DNA of 64,000 bases from a virus. Location: the IMG/VR virus record IMGVR_UViG_3300025435_001056, positions 64,001 through 128,000 of that record; one strand, written 5' to 3'. Under the pieces are notes generated by a model, which had not been told where the DNA came from, did no database searches, and was given only the letters and a program-made list of their open reading frames with translations. The stretch's first letter is position 1; every line of letters starts with the position of its first letter. Shown piece by piece: positions 1 to 9,125 of this stretch. The position numbers and the translations under genes are program-made.

Positions 1-2
1 AA

Positions 3-260
3 CGTACAGCCTATTGCGTGATTGAAAATATTCCCTTAGAAGAAATGCCCGCAGTCAACACTCTTAGAGATTTACATGCTGGACTAATGCTGGCATACCA
101 AAATCAAGATTGGGCACAATGCGAAACAATAATTGGGCAACTCAAAGGCAAATGGGGCGGGGAAATGGATAGCTTTTACATAGAACTAGCCAGTCGTATT
201 GGGGTATTAAAAACTCAAATACTTGGTGCTGATTGGACTGGGGTTATTGAAAAATCTTAA
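3..260 (+). CDS. 3' part of a hypothetical protein, open from the window start; resembles the C-terminal helical tail of adenylate-cyclase-like proteins
   Basis: Frame open upstream of 18; Y..QDW...C...L.GKW.GEMDSFY...RI......DWTGV pattern. Confidence 0.5.
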   Translation, partial: RTAYCVIENIPLEEMPAVNTLRDLHAGLMLAYQNQDWAQCETIIGQLKGKWGGEMDSFYIELASRIGVLKTQILGADWTGVIEKS

Positions 261-266
261 AAATTA

Positions 267-1583
267 TTAAAGATTTTTAATTGTTTTTAAAACCCAGTCG
301 ACTTCAGATTTTGTAACCAATCCTACAGATTCTGGATTTGCAATAGACTCTAAATCTGCCTGTTCGATACAATCTCTAACTTCTTTAAAAGTCAATAAAT
401 ACTCCAAACGATTAACGAACTTATCAGCATGTGATTGAGATTTTGATTGACTAATACCTATTATTAAATTGTCAGTCAGCTCTTTTGTGATTGAATCAAA
501 AAATTCCTGGCTAAAAAACCATTGCCGATTGTAATCCGCAATTTCCTGTGCCTGTGACATTTTGATTTTTCGTTCATCTAGACTCCAATTAGCAATGTGT
601 GACATAAGATCTGTAACGGCATGTAATCGTTTTTGAGGATCTTCTATAGAATCGTAATTTTCATCCCAAATATTGCCAAAAGTTTTAAATCCGTAACTGT
701 GTAAATATTTAAGACTACCGTGTGTTCCAGCTAGTATAAACGGTTGCCCACAAGCAATAGGTCTTAGACTTTTTTCAGTTAAATGTAGTCGATCGTCATC
801 AAACAAGGTTTCTAGTACTACCTCTATATCAGTGGATTCGTAATCTTTTATATCAAAATCGGCACTGTAGTTACTTGACGCTGTGCTAGTATTAAAATAA
901 TTTTCTAGTATGGATTGAGGTGTCCAGATTGGATTATCAAATTTATGTTGGGCGTAATGAGTATTTGTTTCGGCATCAATTGGATTGACCCAAGTCTGAC
1001 ATAAATCTTGCAAATTTAATTTTAACAATAATTCAGAAAAATATAAACGATATTCGCGAGTACCAGTCCACGCCCGATTATAAATTAAAAATATTTTTTT
1101 AACCTGTTTGAGTTGTTGAATATGTTGAGCAAAACGAAACCAATCCAGTGCTATTATTGCGTGACTCCAGTAGTAAACCAATACACATTGGTCATTTTGA
1201 TATTTAACTAGATTTTTTGATCTTTTTTCGCTATGTACTATACAACTTTCGTATATACCATAATTTCTTTGAAGATTATTTGTATAGGGATTTCCTATTA
1301 AAGAATCTGTCAATTTTGCTAGACGATAATTTTTCATTTTGTCAAAGCGATTTTTTGATTCTTTTTCACCCTGATACAGATTGTAATTTAAAGGTTCCTG
1401 ATCGTGGCAATAAATTCCCACTCTCAGTACTGCATTAGACCAATTTATTGGGCCGTTTATTGGTCCTAAATTTTCTATTTTTTTTGAACCATGTGGCCAA
1501 AAACGATAAATTACTATATCCTTATCAATTTTTTTGGCAATACTTTCAATATAATGATATAACCGATCTAATGGAATAGTCAT
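267..1583 (-). CDS. Glycosyltransferase-like (GT-B/GT10-like) phage protein
   Basis: 438 aa; LETLF..DRLHLTEKSLRPI..GQPFILAG...GFKTF..IWDE.YD motif; TAAATA 7 nt before ATG. Confidence 0.55.
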   Translation of the reverse strand: MTIPLDRLYHYIESIAKKIDKDIVIYRFWPHGSKKIENLGPINGPINWSNAVLRVGIYCHDQEPLNYNLYQGEKESKNRFDKMKNYRLAKLTDSLIGNPYTNNLQRNYGIYESCIVHSEKRSKNLVKYQNDQCVLVYYWSHAIIALDWFRFAQHIQQLKQVKKIFLIYNRAWTGTREYRLYFSELLLKLNLQDLCQTWVNPIDAETNTHYAQHKFDNPIWTPQSILENYFNTSTASSNYSADFDIKDYESTDIEVVLETLFDDDRLHLTEKSLRPIACGQPFILAGTHGSLKYLHSYGFKTFGNIWDENYDSIEDPQKRLHAVTDLMSHIANWSLDERKIKMSQAQEIADYNRQWFFSQEFFDSITKELTDNLIIGISQSKSQSHADKFVNRLEYLLTFKEVRDCIEQADLESIANPESVGLVTKSEVDWVLKTIKNL

Positions 1584-1622
1584 AGGAAACTATTTAGTTT
1601 ACAGATCAATTTGCAATAAAAT

Positions 1623-2141
1623 ATGACAAAAAATACTATAATTAAATACAATCTAGCAGTATTTTGGGACAACGAGTATAAACATCTCAACTACATAAAC
1701 GAACCCTTTAATGATATAATTAGCACAGAACGGTGGATACAACAAGGATATTCGGGCAACTTTACCGGCGATATGTGTGACATGCGCAGTCAACAACCTA
1801 GATGGAATAATCAATTTATTAAACATTTTGAATTGCTGGGATGGAAAAATGTCGGCACTAGTTACTACAGAATGGGTACTGGAACAATATTACCAACTCA
1901 TGGAGATTTATATCTAAAATATATAGATTTATTTAATCTTAAAGGTCGGGAACATGCAATCCGTAGAGCTATTGTGTTTCTTGAAGACTGGAAATCGGGT
2001 CATTATTTTGAAGTCAACGAGGTTCCTATAGTTGATTGGTCTGCCGGTACAGTAGTAGAATGGACTTATAATACACTACACATGGCAGCCAATATTGGTT
2101 TAGAGCCCAGATATACCTTACAAATAACAGGACATGTATGA
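1623..2141 (+). CDS. 2OG-Fe(II) oxygenase-like / cupin-fold protein
   Basis: H-x-D (THGD), distal His (LHMAAN), RYTLQIT strand. Confidence 0.65.
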   Translation: MTKNTIIKYNLAVFWDNEYKHLNYINEPFNDIISTERWIQQGYSGNFTGDMCDMRSQQPRWNNQFIKHFELLGWKNVGTSYYRMGTGTILPTHGDLYLKYIDLFNLKGREHAIRRAIVFLEDWKSGHYFEVNEVPIVDWSAGTVVEWTYNTLHMAANIGLEPRYTLQITGHV

Positions 2142-3064
2142 TTAACAGTTGTAACGAGTGGGATCCTTTAGAAGTTGTTATTGTAGGAGATGCTACCTCA
2201 GCTAATTGGCCCACGACCGATCCGGTGTTTGCTAAAGAAGCACATAACAGCTTATGGAAAGAGACTCCGGCGCCCTGTGGTCCGGTTCCGCAACCAATTG
2301 TTGATCAGTCAAATTGGGAATTAGATATTTTATCTGAAACTTTGATTCGGTATGGTGCTACAGTTTATAGACCCAAACCAATGGACTTTTCTAAACGACA
2401 GGGCATGTACAATTACTGTCCGAGAGATCGGTTGTTGGTCGCTGGAGATGTTGTGGTAGATGTTAACATGATGTATCCGTGTCGAGACCAAGAGATAGAA
2501 AATTATGGCCGTATTTTAGATCAAGCTAAAACTGTTTTAACCATGCCCAAAGATCAGGGAATGACCTTGGATGCAGCCAATATTTGCAGACTAGGCAGTA
2601 CCTGGTTGTTTTTAGAATCAGCCTCGGGCAACAGAGCCGCATATGAATGGTTGTGTGCGCAGTTTCCCAAGATTACAATTGAGTTGGTAAATTTTTATGC
2701 AGGTGTGCATATTGATTCAACCATAACTCCTTTGCGTGAAGGACTGGTCATGCTGAATGCTAGTCGAGTTACGGAATCAAATTGTCCCCAGGCATTTAAA
2801 GATTGGGAAAAAATTTGGGTCACAGAGGATCAGATTGTGCCACAGGATTTTTATCAATATCCTTATGCATCAAAATGGATTGCCATGAACATGCTGGTAT
2901 TAGATCCAGAAACAGTAATTATCGATGCTGCACAAACTGAACTGATCAACATATTAAACTGTCATGGCATTGATTCAATCCCGCTTACTTTAAGTCACAG
3001 CCGGACCTTGGGTGGAGGATTTCATTGTGTAACATTAGATACTCGGAGACGGCATGAATATTAA
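2138..3064 (+). CDS. Amidinotransferase (glycine / inosamine-phosphate amidinotransferase family)
   Basis: NEWDPLEVVIVG, CPRD, DAAN, HIDST, GGGFHCVTLD (Asp-His-Cys triad motifs); ATGA overlap with upstream gene. Confidence 0.9.
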   Translation: MINSCNEWDPLEVVIVGDATSANWPTTDPVFAKEAHNSLWKETPAPCGPVPQPIVDQSNWELDILSETLIRYGATVYRPKPMDFSKRQGMYNYCPRDRLLVAGDVVVDVNMMYPCRDQEIENYGRILDQAKTVLTMPKDQGMTLDAANICRLGSTWLFLESASGNRAAYEWLCAQFPKITIELVNFYAGVHIDSTITPLREGLVMLNASRVTESNCPQAFKDWEKIWVTEDQIVPQDFYQYPYASKWIAMNMLVLDPETVIIDAAQTELINILNCHGIDSIPLTLSHSRTLGGGFHCVTLDTRRRHEY

Positions 3065-3611
3065 TTGGGTATTGTCGGATTCCGTGTCTATTGGCCCTGA
3101 AATAGCAGTCGAACAGCTTAAACGCCTCGGAAGTTTTTGGGGCAGTTGGCGAACCTGGAGGAGTTGTGGAACTGACAATGTGGTCTGTAACGATCTAACA
3201 CGTGCAAGCGAACTAGTAAAACGAAATTTTCAATCAGAATGCAACCTTTATCTACCGACCAACAATTATCAAACTCTAGGTCGACCAGTCGGTGTACGCC
3301 TGTATGAAGGTGAATTTGTGCATGATGTTGACCACCAAGAAGAAATAGTGGCCATGCATCTAGTTGCTGGTTTCAGCGACATAGTGCTATTGTTCGGATT
3401 TGATTTATCAGAGCCCGCAATTAACACAGACAAGATATCAGAAATCCGTGCCAGAAATTGGCGTGGACTGGTGCGGCAGGCCATTGTAGACAACAGCCAT
3501 GTACAATGGGTATTGGTAAATCATGACAAACCGGTTATGAAGGCCATGAGCGATTTAGAAAATCTTACAGTCGATACCATGTCGGCGGTGTTGGCTCTAA
3601 ACGAAGAATAA
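3054..3611 (+). CDS. Hypothetical protein, possibly Maf/DUF115-like transferase fold
   Basis: 185 aa; VAMHL....DIVLLFGFD motif. Confidence 0.45.
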   Translation: MNINWVLSDSVSIGPEIAVEQLKRLGSFWGSWRTWRSCGTDNVVCNDLTRASELVKRNFQSECNLYLPTNNYQTLGRPVGVRLYEGEFVHDVDHQEEIVAMHLVAGFSDIVLLFGFDLSEPAINTDKISEIRARNWRGLVRQAIVDNSHVQWVLVNHDKPVMKAMSDLENLTVDTMSAVLALNEE

Positions 3612-3629
3612 TTTTAATAAAGGAAATCA

Positions 3630-4727
3630 ATGACATATTTTTTTACCAGTGAAAGTGTAAGTGAAGGACACCCGGATAAAGTAGCAGATGCTATCAGTGA
3701 TGCTGTTTTGGATTTGGTTATGCAAGAAAAAAATACAGCACTGCGGTGTGCATGTGAAACATTGGTTACAACCAATCGCGTGGTAGTAGCCGGCGAGTAC
3801 AAGGGTGTATTAGATCAAGAAGAAGTTGATGGTGTTATCCGTAAAGTTATTAAAGACATCGGGTACGAACAATCAGGTTTTGATTGGCGTACAGTGGAAA
3901 TTACTAATCTGCTACATGGACAAAGTGCAGATATTGCCTTGGGTACAGACTCTTTTGGTGCCGGCGACCAAGGACTCATGTTTGGATATGCTTGTAACGA
4001 AACTAACGATTACATGCCCAGTGCTATCTACTGGAGTCATAGAATTGTAGAAGGACTTACACAAGTAAGAAAACAAGGCATACTTAATTATCTTGGCCCG
4101 GATGCCAAGAGTCAAGTCACATTCGAATACAGCGACGATGATAAACCAGTTCGTATTGCCAAAGTGGTTTGTAGCACCCAACATGCGGCTGATGTTGACA
4201 TCGAAACTGTAAGGAAAGATGTGGGAAATATTATTCGTAACATATTGCCAACAGAATATATTGACAATGCAACAGAATTTTATATTAACCCTACTGGCAG
4301 ATTTGTAATTGGGGGGCCAGATGGGGACACCGGCTTGACAGGTCGCAAGATCATTGTAGACACCTATGGTGGTTATAGTCCACATGGTGGCGGTGCGTTC
4401 TCTGGCAAGGACCCTACCAAAGTAGATCGTAGTGCTGCTTACTTAACACGCTATTTGGCCAAAAATATTGTAGCAAGTGGGCAAGCTACCTGGGCCACGG
4501 TACAGATCAGCTATGCCATTGGCGTTGCCGAACCAATGAGTTTTTATGTAGAGAGTAACGGCGATAGTTGTGGTTTGACCAAATGGATACAGTCCAATGT
4601 TGATCTGACTCCAAAAGGCATTATTGAGCGTTTTGATTTATTCCGCCCGATCTATACAAACACAACCAATTATGGACATTTTGGTAAAGCTAATTTGCCG
4701 TGGGAAAAGATTAATTTGTTTGATTGA
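3630..4727 (+). CDS. metK: S-adenosylmethionine synthetase
   Basis: SESVSEGHPDK, GAGDQG, GGGAFSGKDPTKVDRS; AAGGA RBS. Confidence 0.97.
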   Translation: MTYFFTSESVSEGHPDKVADAISDAVLDLVMQEKNTALRCACETLVTTNRVVVAGEYKGVLDQEEVDGVIRKVIKDIGYEQSGFDWRTVEITNLLHGQSADIALGTDSFGAGDQGLMFGYACNETNDYMPSAIYWSHRIVEGLTQVRKQGILNYLGPDAKSQVTFEYSDDDKPVRIAKVVCSTQHAADVDIETVRKDVGNIIRNILPTEYIDNATEFYINPTGRFVIGGPDGDTGLTGRKIIVDTYGGYSPHGGGAFSGKDPTKVDRSAAYLTRYLAKNIVASGQATWATVQISYAIGVAEPMSFYVESNGDSCGLTKWIQSNVDLTPKGIIERFDLFRPIYTNTTNYGHFGKANLPWEKINLFD

Positions 4728-4752
4728 CACAAAAAGCCTTTAGTTGTATAAT
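4724..4752 (+). promoter_or_regulatory. sigma70-type promoter; leaderless start for uvsE
   Basis: TTGACA-17-TATAAT, ATG 6 nt after the -10. Confidence 0.8.
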
Positions 4753-4758
4753 AGCTGT

Positions 4759-5790
4759 ATGACTACACTAAAGCGTATTGGTTTCTGTTGCAAGTGGCTC
4801 AATGATCCGTCTGAATGTGGCGGCATGAAGGTCAATGCAATGGATCGTGATCTCAACGGCCGTAGCACTACCATGCGTTGGTTGCGAGAACATCCTGATC
4901 AAGCTGAACAGCGTCAGTGGGATATCATGAATCACAATACGGCGGCCGCTGTGCGCTTGATTGAACGTGTGGCCACCTTGCCGCCTGAACGGCGTATGGT
5001 GCGACTAGGTAGTGAAATGCTACAAGGCTATACCGAGAAGGACTGGAAAGCCTGGTGGCAACAAGCAGATGTGCAGAATCACCTGGAGCAAATCTTTGCA
5101 CCCATCGGTGAAACAGCTCGTAGGCTTGATGTGCGTCTCAGTTTTCACCCTGGACAGTTTTGTGTCCTAGCGTCAGAGAATCCTGGTATTGTAGAACGAA
5201 GCTTAGAGGAGTTTGAATATCATGCGGATATGGCCAGGTGGATGGGTTATGGTAAATCATTTCAAGACTTCAAGATCAATGTTCATATTTCAGGCAAGCG
5301 TGGTCCCGAAGGTATTAGAGAAGCCTACAAGAAGCTGTCGCCTGAAGCTCGTAACTGCATCACTATCGAAAACGAAGAAAACTCATGGGGGTTGAATGAT
5401 TGTCTTACCATTTCTGATCTTGTACCTATTGTGCTCGACGTTCATCATTATTGGATCCGCGAAGGAGCCTATCTCCAGCCAGACGACGAGCGTGTTAAAC
5501 GAGTTGTTGATAGCTGGCGTGGTGTTCGCCCTGCTATGCATTATAGTATCAGCCGGGAAGACATACTTGTGGGACATGATGCACATCAAGCCCCCGACTA
5601 TGCGGCGCTTTTGGTAGAAGGCCACAAGAAGCAAAAGTTACGAGCACACTCAGACTTCTACTGGAATCAACCGGTCACTGACTGGGCACTCAGCTTCTGG
5701 AACCAGTTTGACATACAGTGCGAATCAAAATCTAAGAACCTGGCCAGTGAACAGGTTTACAATCGTGCAGTAGAACTAGGTTTGGTATAA
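4759..5790 (+). CDS. uvsE: UV DNA damage endonuclease
   Basis: RIGFCC, RLSFHPGQFCVLAS, TIENEE, LDVHH, HYS, AHSD motifs. Confidence 0.92.
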   Translation: MTTLKRIGFCCKWLNDPSECGGMKVNAMDRDLNGRSTTMRWLREHPDQAEQRQWDIMNHNTAAAVRLIERVATLPPERRMVRLGSEMLQGYTEKDWKAWWQQADVQNHLEQIFAPIGETARRLDVRLSFHPGQFCVLASENPGIVERSLEEFEYHADMARWMGYGKSFQDFKINVHISGKRGPEGIREAYKKLSPEARNCITIENEENSWGLNDCLTISDLVPIVLDVHHYWIREGAYLQPDDERVKRVVDSWRGVRPAMHYSISREDILVGHDAHQAPDYAALLVEGHKKQKLRAHSDFYWNQPVTDWALSFWNQFDIQCESKSKNLASEQVYNRAVELGLV

Positions 5791-6089
5791 TGGATTTTAT
5801 TTTTGTAGGTGCAACCAATGCTTGGCAATACATTAGAAACGATTGGCAAAGCAACCGTGTACGTTTTTGTGCCGAAGTGTTTGCCTGGGCCTGTAGTGTT
5901 ACAAGTGCCGTGATATTTGCGGTCACGGTGCCCAATATTCCGGTGGCGCCACTTTATACCATTTTCATCTCGGGCTGTTGTGCCAGTTGCTGGGCTTGTT
6001 GGACTCGACGCAGTTTTGGCTTGATGGCCAATTCTGCGTTTTTGGTCACAATTGATGGAATCGGTTTGATCCGATTCTTATTGCATTAG
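5790..6089 (+). CDS. Small membrane protein (about 3 TM segments)
   Basis: Hydrophobic segments; TAATG coupling to uvsE. Confidence 0.65.
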   Translation: MDFIFVGATNAWQYIRNDWQSNRVRFCAEVFAWACSVTSAVIFAVTVPNIPVAPLYTIFISGCCASCWACWTRRSFGLMANSAFLVTIDGIGLIRFLLH

Positions 6090-6307
6090 GCCTTGGGAGC
6101 CTTGGGAGTTCTAGGCTTGCGTGTCGCTTTTGGCTTGTCTGCAACTACTGATTTTGCCTTGGTAGCAGGCTTTTTAGTTGGTTTAGGCGCTGGAAATGGC
6201 AGAGCTGGTTCGCTAACTGCTGTTTCCACAGGTGTTTCTACCTTGTAAGGTGCCGTAGCCAGTGGCTCTTGTCCAATTCCTAATAATCTTTTAATATGCT
6301 TTAGCAT
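6086..6307 (-). CDS. Small basic Lys/Pro/Ala-rich protein
   Basis: AAGGAG RBS and upstream TAAATA (plus-strand tattta 6327-6332). Confidence 0.7.
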   Translation of the reverse strand: MLKHIKRLLGIGQEPLATAPYKVETPVETAVSEPALPFPAPKPTKKPATKAKSVVADKPKATRKPRTPKAPKA

Positions 6308-6367
6308 GGTATATCTCCTTGTATATTATTTACCGAATTGACACAGGTGTCATTAAACTTTAATATT

Positions 6368-6383
6368 ATTGCGGCGTCGCAAT
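6368..6383. promoter_or_regulatory. TGC-rich palindromic operator (PhaR-like)
   Basis: ATTGCG-gcgt-CGCAAT immediately before TAAATA. Confidence 0.45.
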
Positions 6384-6437
6384 GATAAATATCTCAGTAG
6401 AAACCATGAGATTCTACACAATCAAAGGAGACACAAA

Positions 6438-6602
6438 ATGTCAACAGTATTCAAACGTATCAAAGAGTTTTTTAGTCTAACGGGTAGCGTAAGCCGCGAC
6501 CTAGAATCTTACATTGCCAGTAAGAATCCACAATCAATCAATGATGTAGAGCGTCTAACTAAACTCTACATGACCGGTGGTGTATGCAGGAGAATTGTAT
6601 AA
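6438..6602 (+). CDS. DUF3563-like small protein
   Basis: AAAGGAG RBS; LESYIASKNPQSINDVERL motif. Confidence 0.65.
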   Translation: MSTVFKRIKEFFSLTGSVSRDLESYIASKNPQSINDVERLTKLYMTGGVCRRIV

Positions 6603-6691
6603 TGTTATTGTTAATTTCAAAAGTTGCAGAATTTTTAAGTAAGTATGCGGCCAAAACCAGCCGTCACGAATCATACCTAGGAGGCCTATAA
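6602..6691 (+). CDS. 29-aa small protein
   Basis: AGGAG RBS, TAATG coupling; MLLLISKVAEFLSKYAAKTSRHESYLGGL. Confidence 0.5.
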   Translation: MLLLISKVAEFLSKYAAKTSRHESYLGGL

Positions 6692-6783
6692 TGCGCGAAT
6701 TTATCAAAGAAATTATCGAGGCTTGGCAAGAAGCACGACAGGCTTATGTAAAAGCACACATGGTAGATGGCCACTGGCTCTAA
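6691..6783 (+). CDS. 30-aa small protein
   Basis: AGGAGG RBS, TAATG coupling; MREFIKEIIEAWQEARQAYVKAHMVDGHWL. Confidence 0.55.
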   Translation: MREFIKEIIEAWQEARQAYVKAHMVDGHWL

Positions 6784-6784
6784 C

Positions 6785-7339
6785 ATGATTACTACTCAAT
6801 TCCTCCCAGTTCAGGACTATTACAAGTTCCAAGGCTGGCTGGAACAGCAGGATGAAGAGACCCGCCAGTTATACTTTGGTATAGCTGGCAGTCAGCATCT
6901 AATTCAGTCCTTGGTAGAACGCATAGTAGAAACGCCTTGTGGGCACCACTTCCTGGTGGCCAAATCTGGCGAAAATTGGGTAGGCACCATACACATTGCC
7001 GCACATGCTGACTCTGTTGAGTTTGGCGTGATTGTGGGTGCTAAACATCGTGGACAGGGCATAGCTGGTCGCATGATGGACGAGGCCTTGATCTGGGCTC
7101 GAAACCGCGGTTACAAAAAACTGTACATGCATTGCCTGGGGTGGAACAAGCCCATACAGCACCTGTGTCAAAAACACGGGTTACAAACCACCAACATGCT
7201 GGGCGATACTGAAGCTGAACTGGCTTTACCACCGGCTACCTGGTACACAGTCAACCATGAATATATGACTAAGATAAAGTCTTTTTATCAAGCCTGGTGG
7301 AAAAATACTAGTATGTTATACCAAGAAATCTACAGCTAA
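6785..7339 (+). CDS. GNAT-family acetyltransferase
   Basis: VEFGVIV...HRGQGIAGRMM; MHCL..N..IQHL..K.G. Confidence 0.88.
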   Translation: MITTQFLPVQDYYKFQGWLEQQDEETRQLYFGIAGSQHLIQSLVERIVETPCGHHFLVAKSGENWVGTIHIAAHADSVEFGVIVGAKHRGQGIAGRMMDEALIWARNRGYKKLYMHCLGWNKPIQHLCQKHGLQTTNMLGDTEAELALPPATWYTVNHEYMTKIKSFYQAWWKNTSMLYQEIYS

Positions 7340-7347
7340 GTAACTGT

Positions 7348-8058
7348 ATGAACATAATCGTCGCCACCATGGTGATGACACACATCACCATAATGTGCGT
7401 CACCCTATACTTGCATCGCAGTCAAGCACATAGAGGGGTTACTTTTAACCCCGTCATAGCACACGCCATGCGTTTTTGGCTTTGGCTTACAACTGGCATG
7501 GTTACCCAAGAATGGGTAGCCACGCATCGTAAACATCACAGATACACCGAAGAATCCGGAGACCCACATAGTCCACATGTGTCGGGTTTTTGGACGGTAA
7601 TGATCAAAGGTGCCCTGCTATATAAACGGGCTGCCAAAGACCGTGCTATGATCCAGGCCTACGGCACCGGAACGCCCATGGACTGGATTGAGCGTAATTT
7701 ATATTCCAAATACACAGTCTTGGGCATACATTTCATGCTGATCATAGACCTGTACCTGTTCCAGCTATGGGGTCTGGTGGTCTGGGGCATACAGATGTTG
7801 TGGATTCCGTTTTGGGCAGCGGGAGTTGTTAATGGTTTGGGTCATTGGTGGGGATATCGCAATACCGATACCGCCGATCAAAGCCGTAACATATCACCCG
7901 TTGGCATCATAATTGGCGGTGAAGAACTGCACAACAATCATCATGCCGAGCCTGGCAATCCAAGACTCAGCAGAAAATGGTGGGAATTTGATATTGGGTG
8001 GATGTATATTACCATCTTGCGCTGGTTGGGGTTGGCCACCATACGAGCAGAAATTTAG
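7348..8058 (+). CDS. Delta-9-type membrane fatty acid desaturase
   Basis: His boxes LHRSQAH, HRKHH, GEELHNNHH. Confidence 0.93.
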   Translation: MNIIVATMVMTHITIMCVTLYLHRSQAHRGVTFNPVIAHAMRFWLWLTTGMVTQEWVATHRKHHRYTEESGDPHSPHVSGFWTVMIKGALLYKRAAKDRAMIQAYGTGTPMDWIERNLYSKYTVLGIHFMLIIDLYLFQLWGLVVWGIQMLWIPFWAAGVVNGLGHWWGYRNTDTADQSRNISPVGIIIGGEELHNNHHAEPGNPRLSRKWWEFDIGWMYITILRWLGLATIRAEI

Positions 8059-8076
8059 CCAAAATCCGTAGGAAAA

Positions 8077-8126
8077 TGTGCGGTCGCACAATATAATACT
8101 AAATAATATTGTTGCAGTACAGCAAT
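8077..8126 (+). promoter_or_regulatory. Composite TATAAT/TAAATA promoter flanked by TGC palindromes
   Basis: TGTGCG-gt-CGCACA (8077-8090), TATAAT 8092, TAAATA 8100, ATTGTTG-cagta-CAGCAAT (8108-8126). Confidence 0.55.
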
Positions 8127-8145
8127 TTAACCCAAGGAGAAAACC

Positions 8146-8385
8146 ATGTTTCAATTTAAATCTGTAGTAGACCAAGTAGCACAAGTTTCCAAAATGCCTT
8201 TGACCTTTGTTGAAGACAAGACCTTACGCGGCAGCTTAGAAGCTGTAGTTGACGCTCAAACCAAATTTGTAAAAAGTTTTTACGATACCAATTTGGATTT
8301 GGCCAAACAAGCTGTTGAAAAAGCCAAAGAATACGATTATTCCAAGCCATTTGCTGAATTAGCGTCTGAATTTTTGGTCAAATAA
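8146..8385 (+). CDS. Phasin-like amphipathic helical protein
   Basis: AAGGAG RBS; 79 aa helical, VDAQTKFVKS pattern. Confidence 0.55.
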   Translation: MFQFKSVVDQVAQVSKMPLTFVEDKTLRGSLEAVVDAQTKFVKSFYDTNLDLAKQAVEKAKEYDYSKPFAELASEFLVK

Positions 8386-8438
8386 TAGTAACATATCCTG
8401 TATGCCTCTCTAAAGAAGCACACTTTATAGGATCTTCG

Positions 8439-8460
8439 AGCCCGGGCAACCGGGCTTTTT
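8439..8460 (+). terminator. Rho-independent terminator
   Basis: AGCCCGG-GCAA-CCGGGCT-TTTT. Confidence 0.85.
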
Positions 8461-8546
8461 CTTGCTCAAAACTATGTAGCCATAAATAGTTGTAGAAAAT
8501 TATAGTTCTTGCTATAATATATGTAGTTAATAACACTGTTGAGATT

Positions 8547-9125
8547 ATGGCCCTACTTCCCGAAACAGATACCTCTGAAAAAGATCACTCCAAGCTCTTG
8601 CAAGATGCTGGCATGTATGTTTTCATGGACGAAGTTACGGATGAAACCATCAAGCCTATTATTGAATGGATCCTGGTTGAGAACCATGTGACCAAGAAAA
8701 AGAAAAAAGAATTGTTGTTAATGATTTGCAGTGAAGGTGGAAGTGTAGAAGATGCCTTTGCCTTGATCGATGTGATGAAGAGCAGTGCCATTCCAATCAA
8801 GACTGTGGGATTGGGTTGTATCGCTTCGTCGGGTCTTATGATATTCTTATCTGGCACAAAAGGTCGACGCTACTTGACCCCCAACACATCAATCATGAGT
8901 CATCAGTACAGTCACTATGCTGATGGCAAGCATCACGAATTGTTTGCCATGCAAAAAGAACACAACTTGATTCAAAAACGCATGTTGCTACACTATCGTG
9001 AATCAACCGGCCTGGACGAGGCCACTATCATGACCAAGTTGTTGCCAGCATCAGACCAGTATCTGTCGGCAGAAGAGGCTCTTGAGCTACACATCTGCGA
9101 TGCCATTTCAGATTTGAAACGATAA
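8547..9125 (+). CDS. Divergent ClpP-family protease subunit
   Basis: ICSEGGSV..AFALID, G.IASSG (Ser), MSHQ (His), D.YLSAEEAL..HICD. Confidence 0.85.
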   Translation: MALLPETDTSEKDHSKLLQDAGMYVFMDEVTDETIKPIIEWILVENHVTKKKKKELLLMICSEGGSVEDAFALIDVMKSSAIPIKTVGLGCIASSGLMIFLSGTKGRRYLTPNTSIMSHQYSHYADGKHHELFAMQKEHNLIQKRMLLHYRESTGLDEATIMTKLLPASDQYLSAEEALELHICDAISDLKR

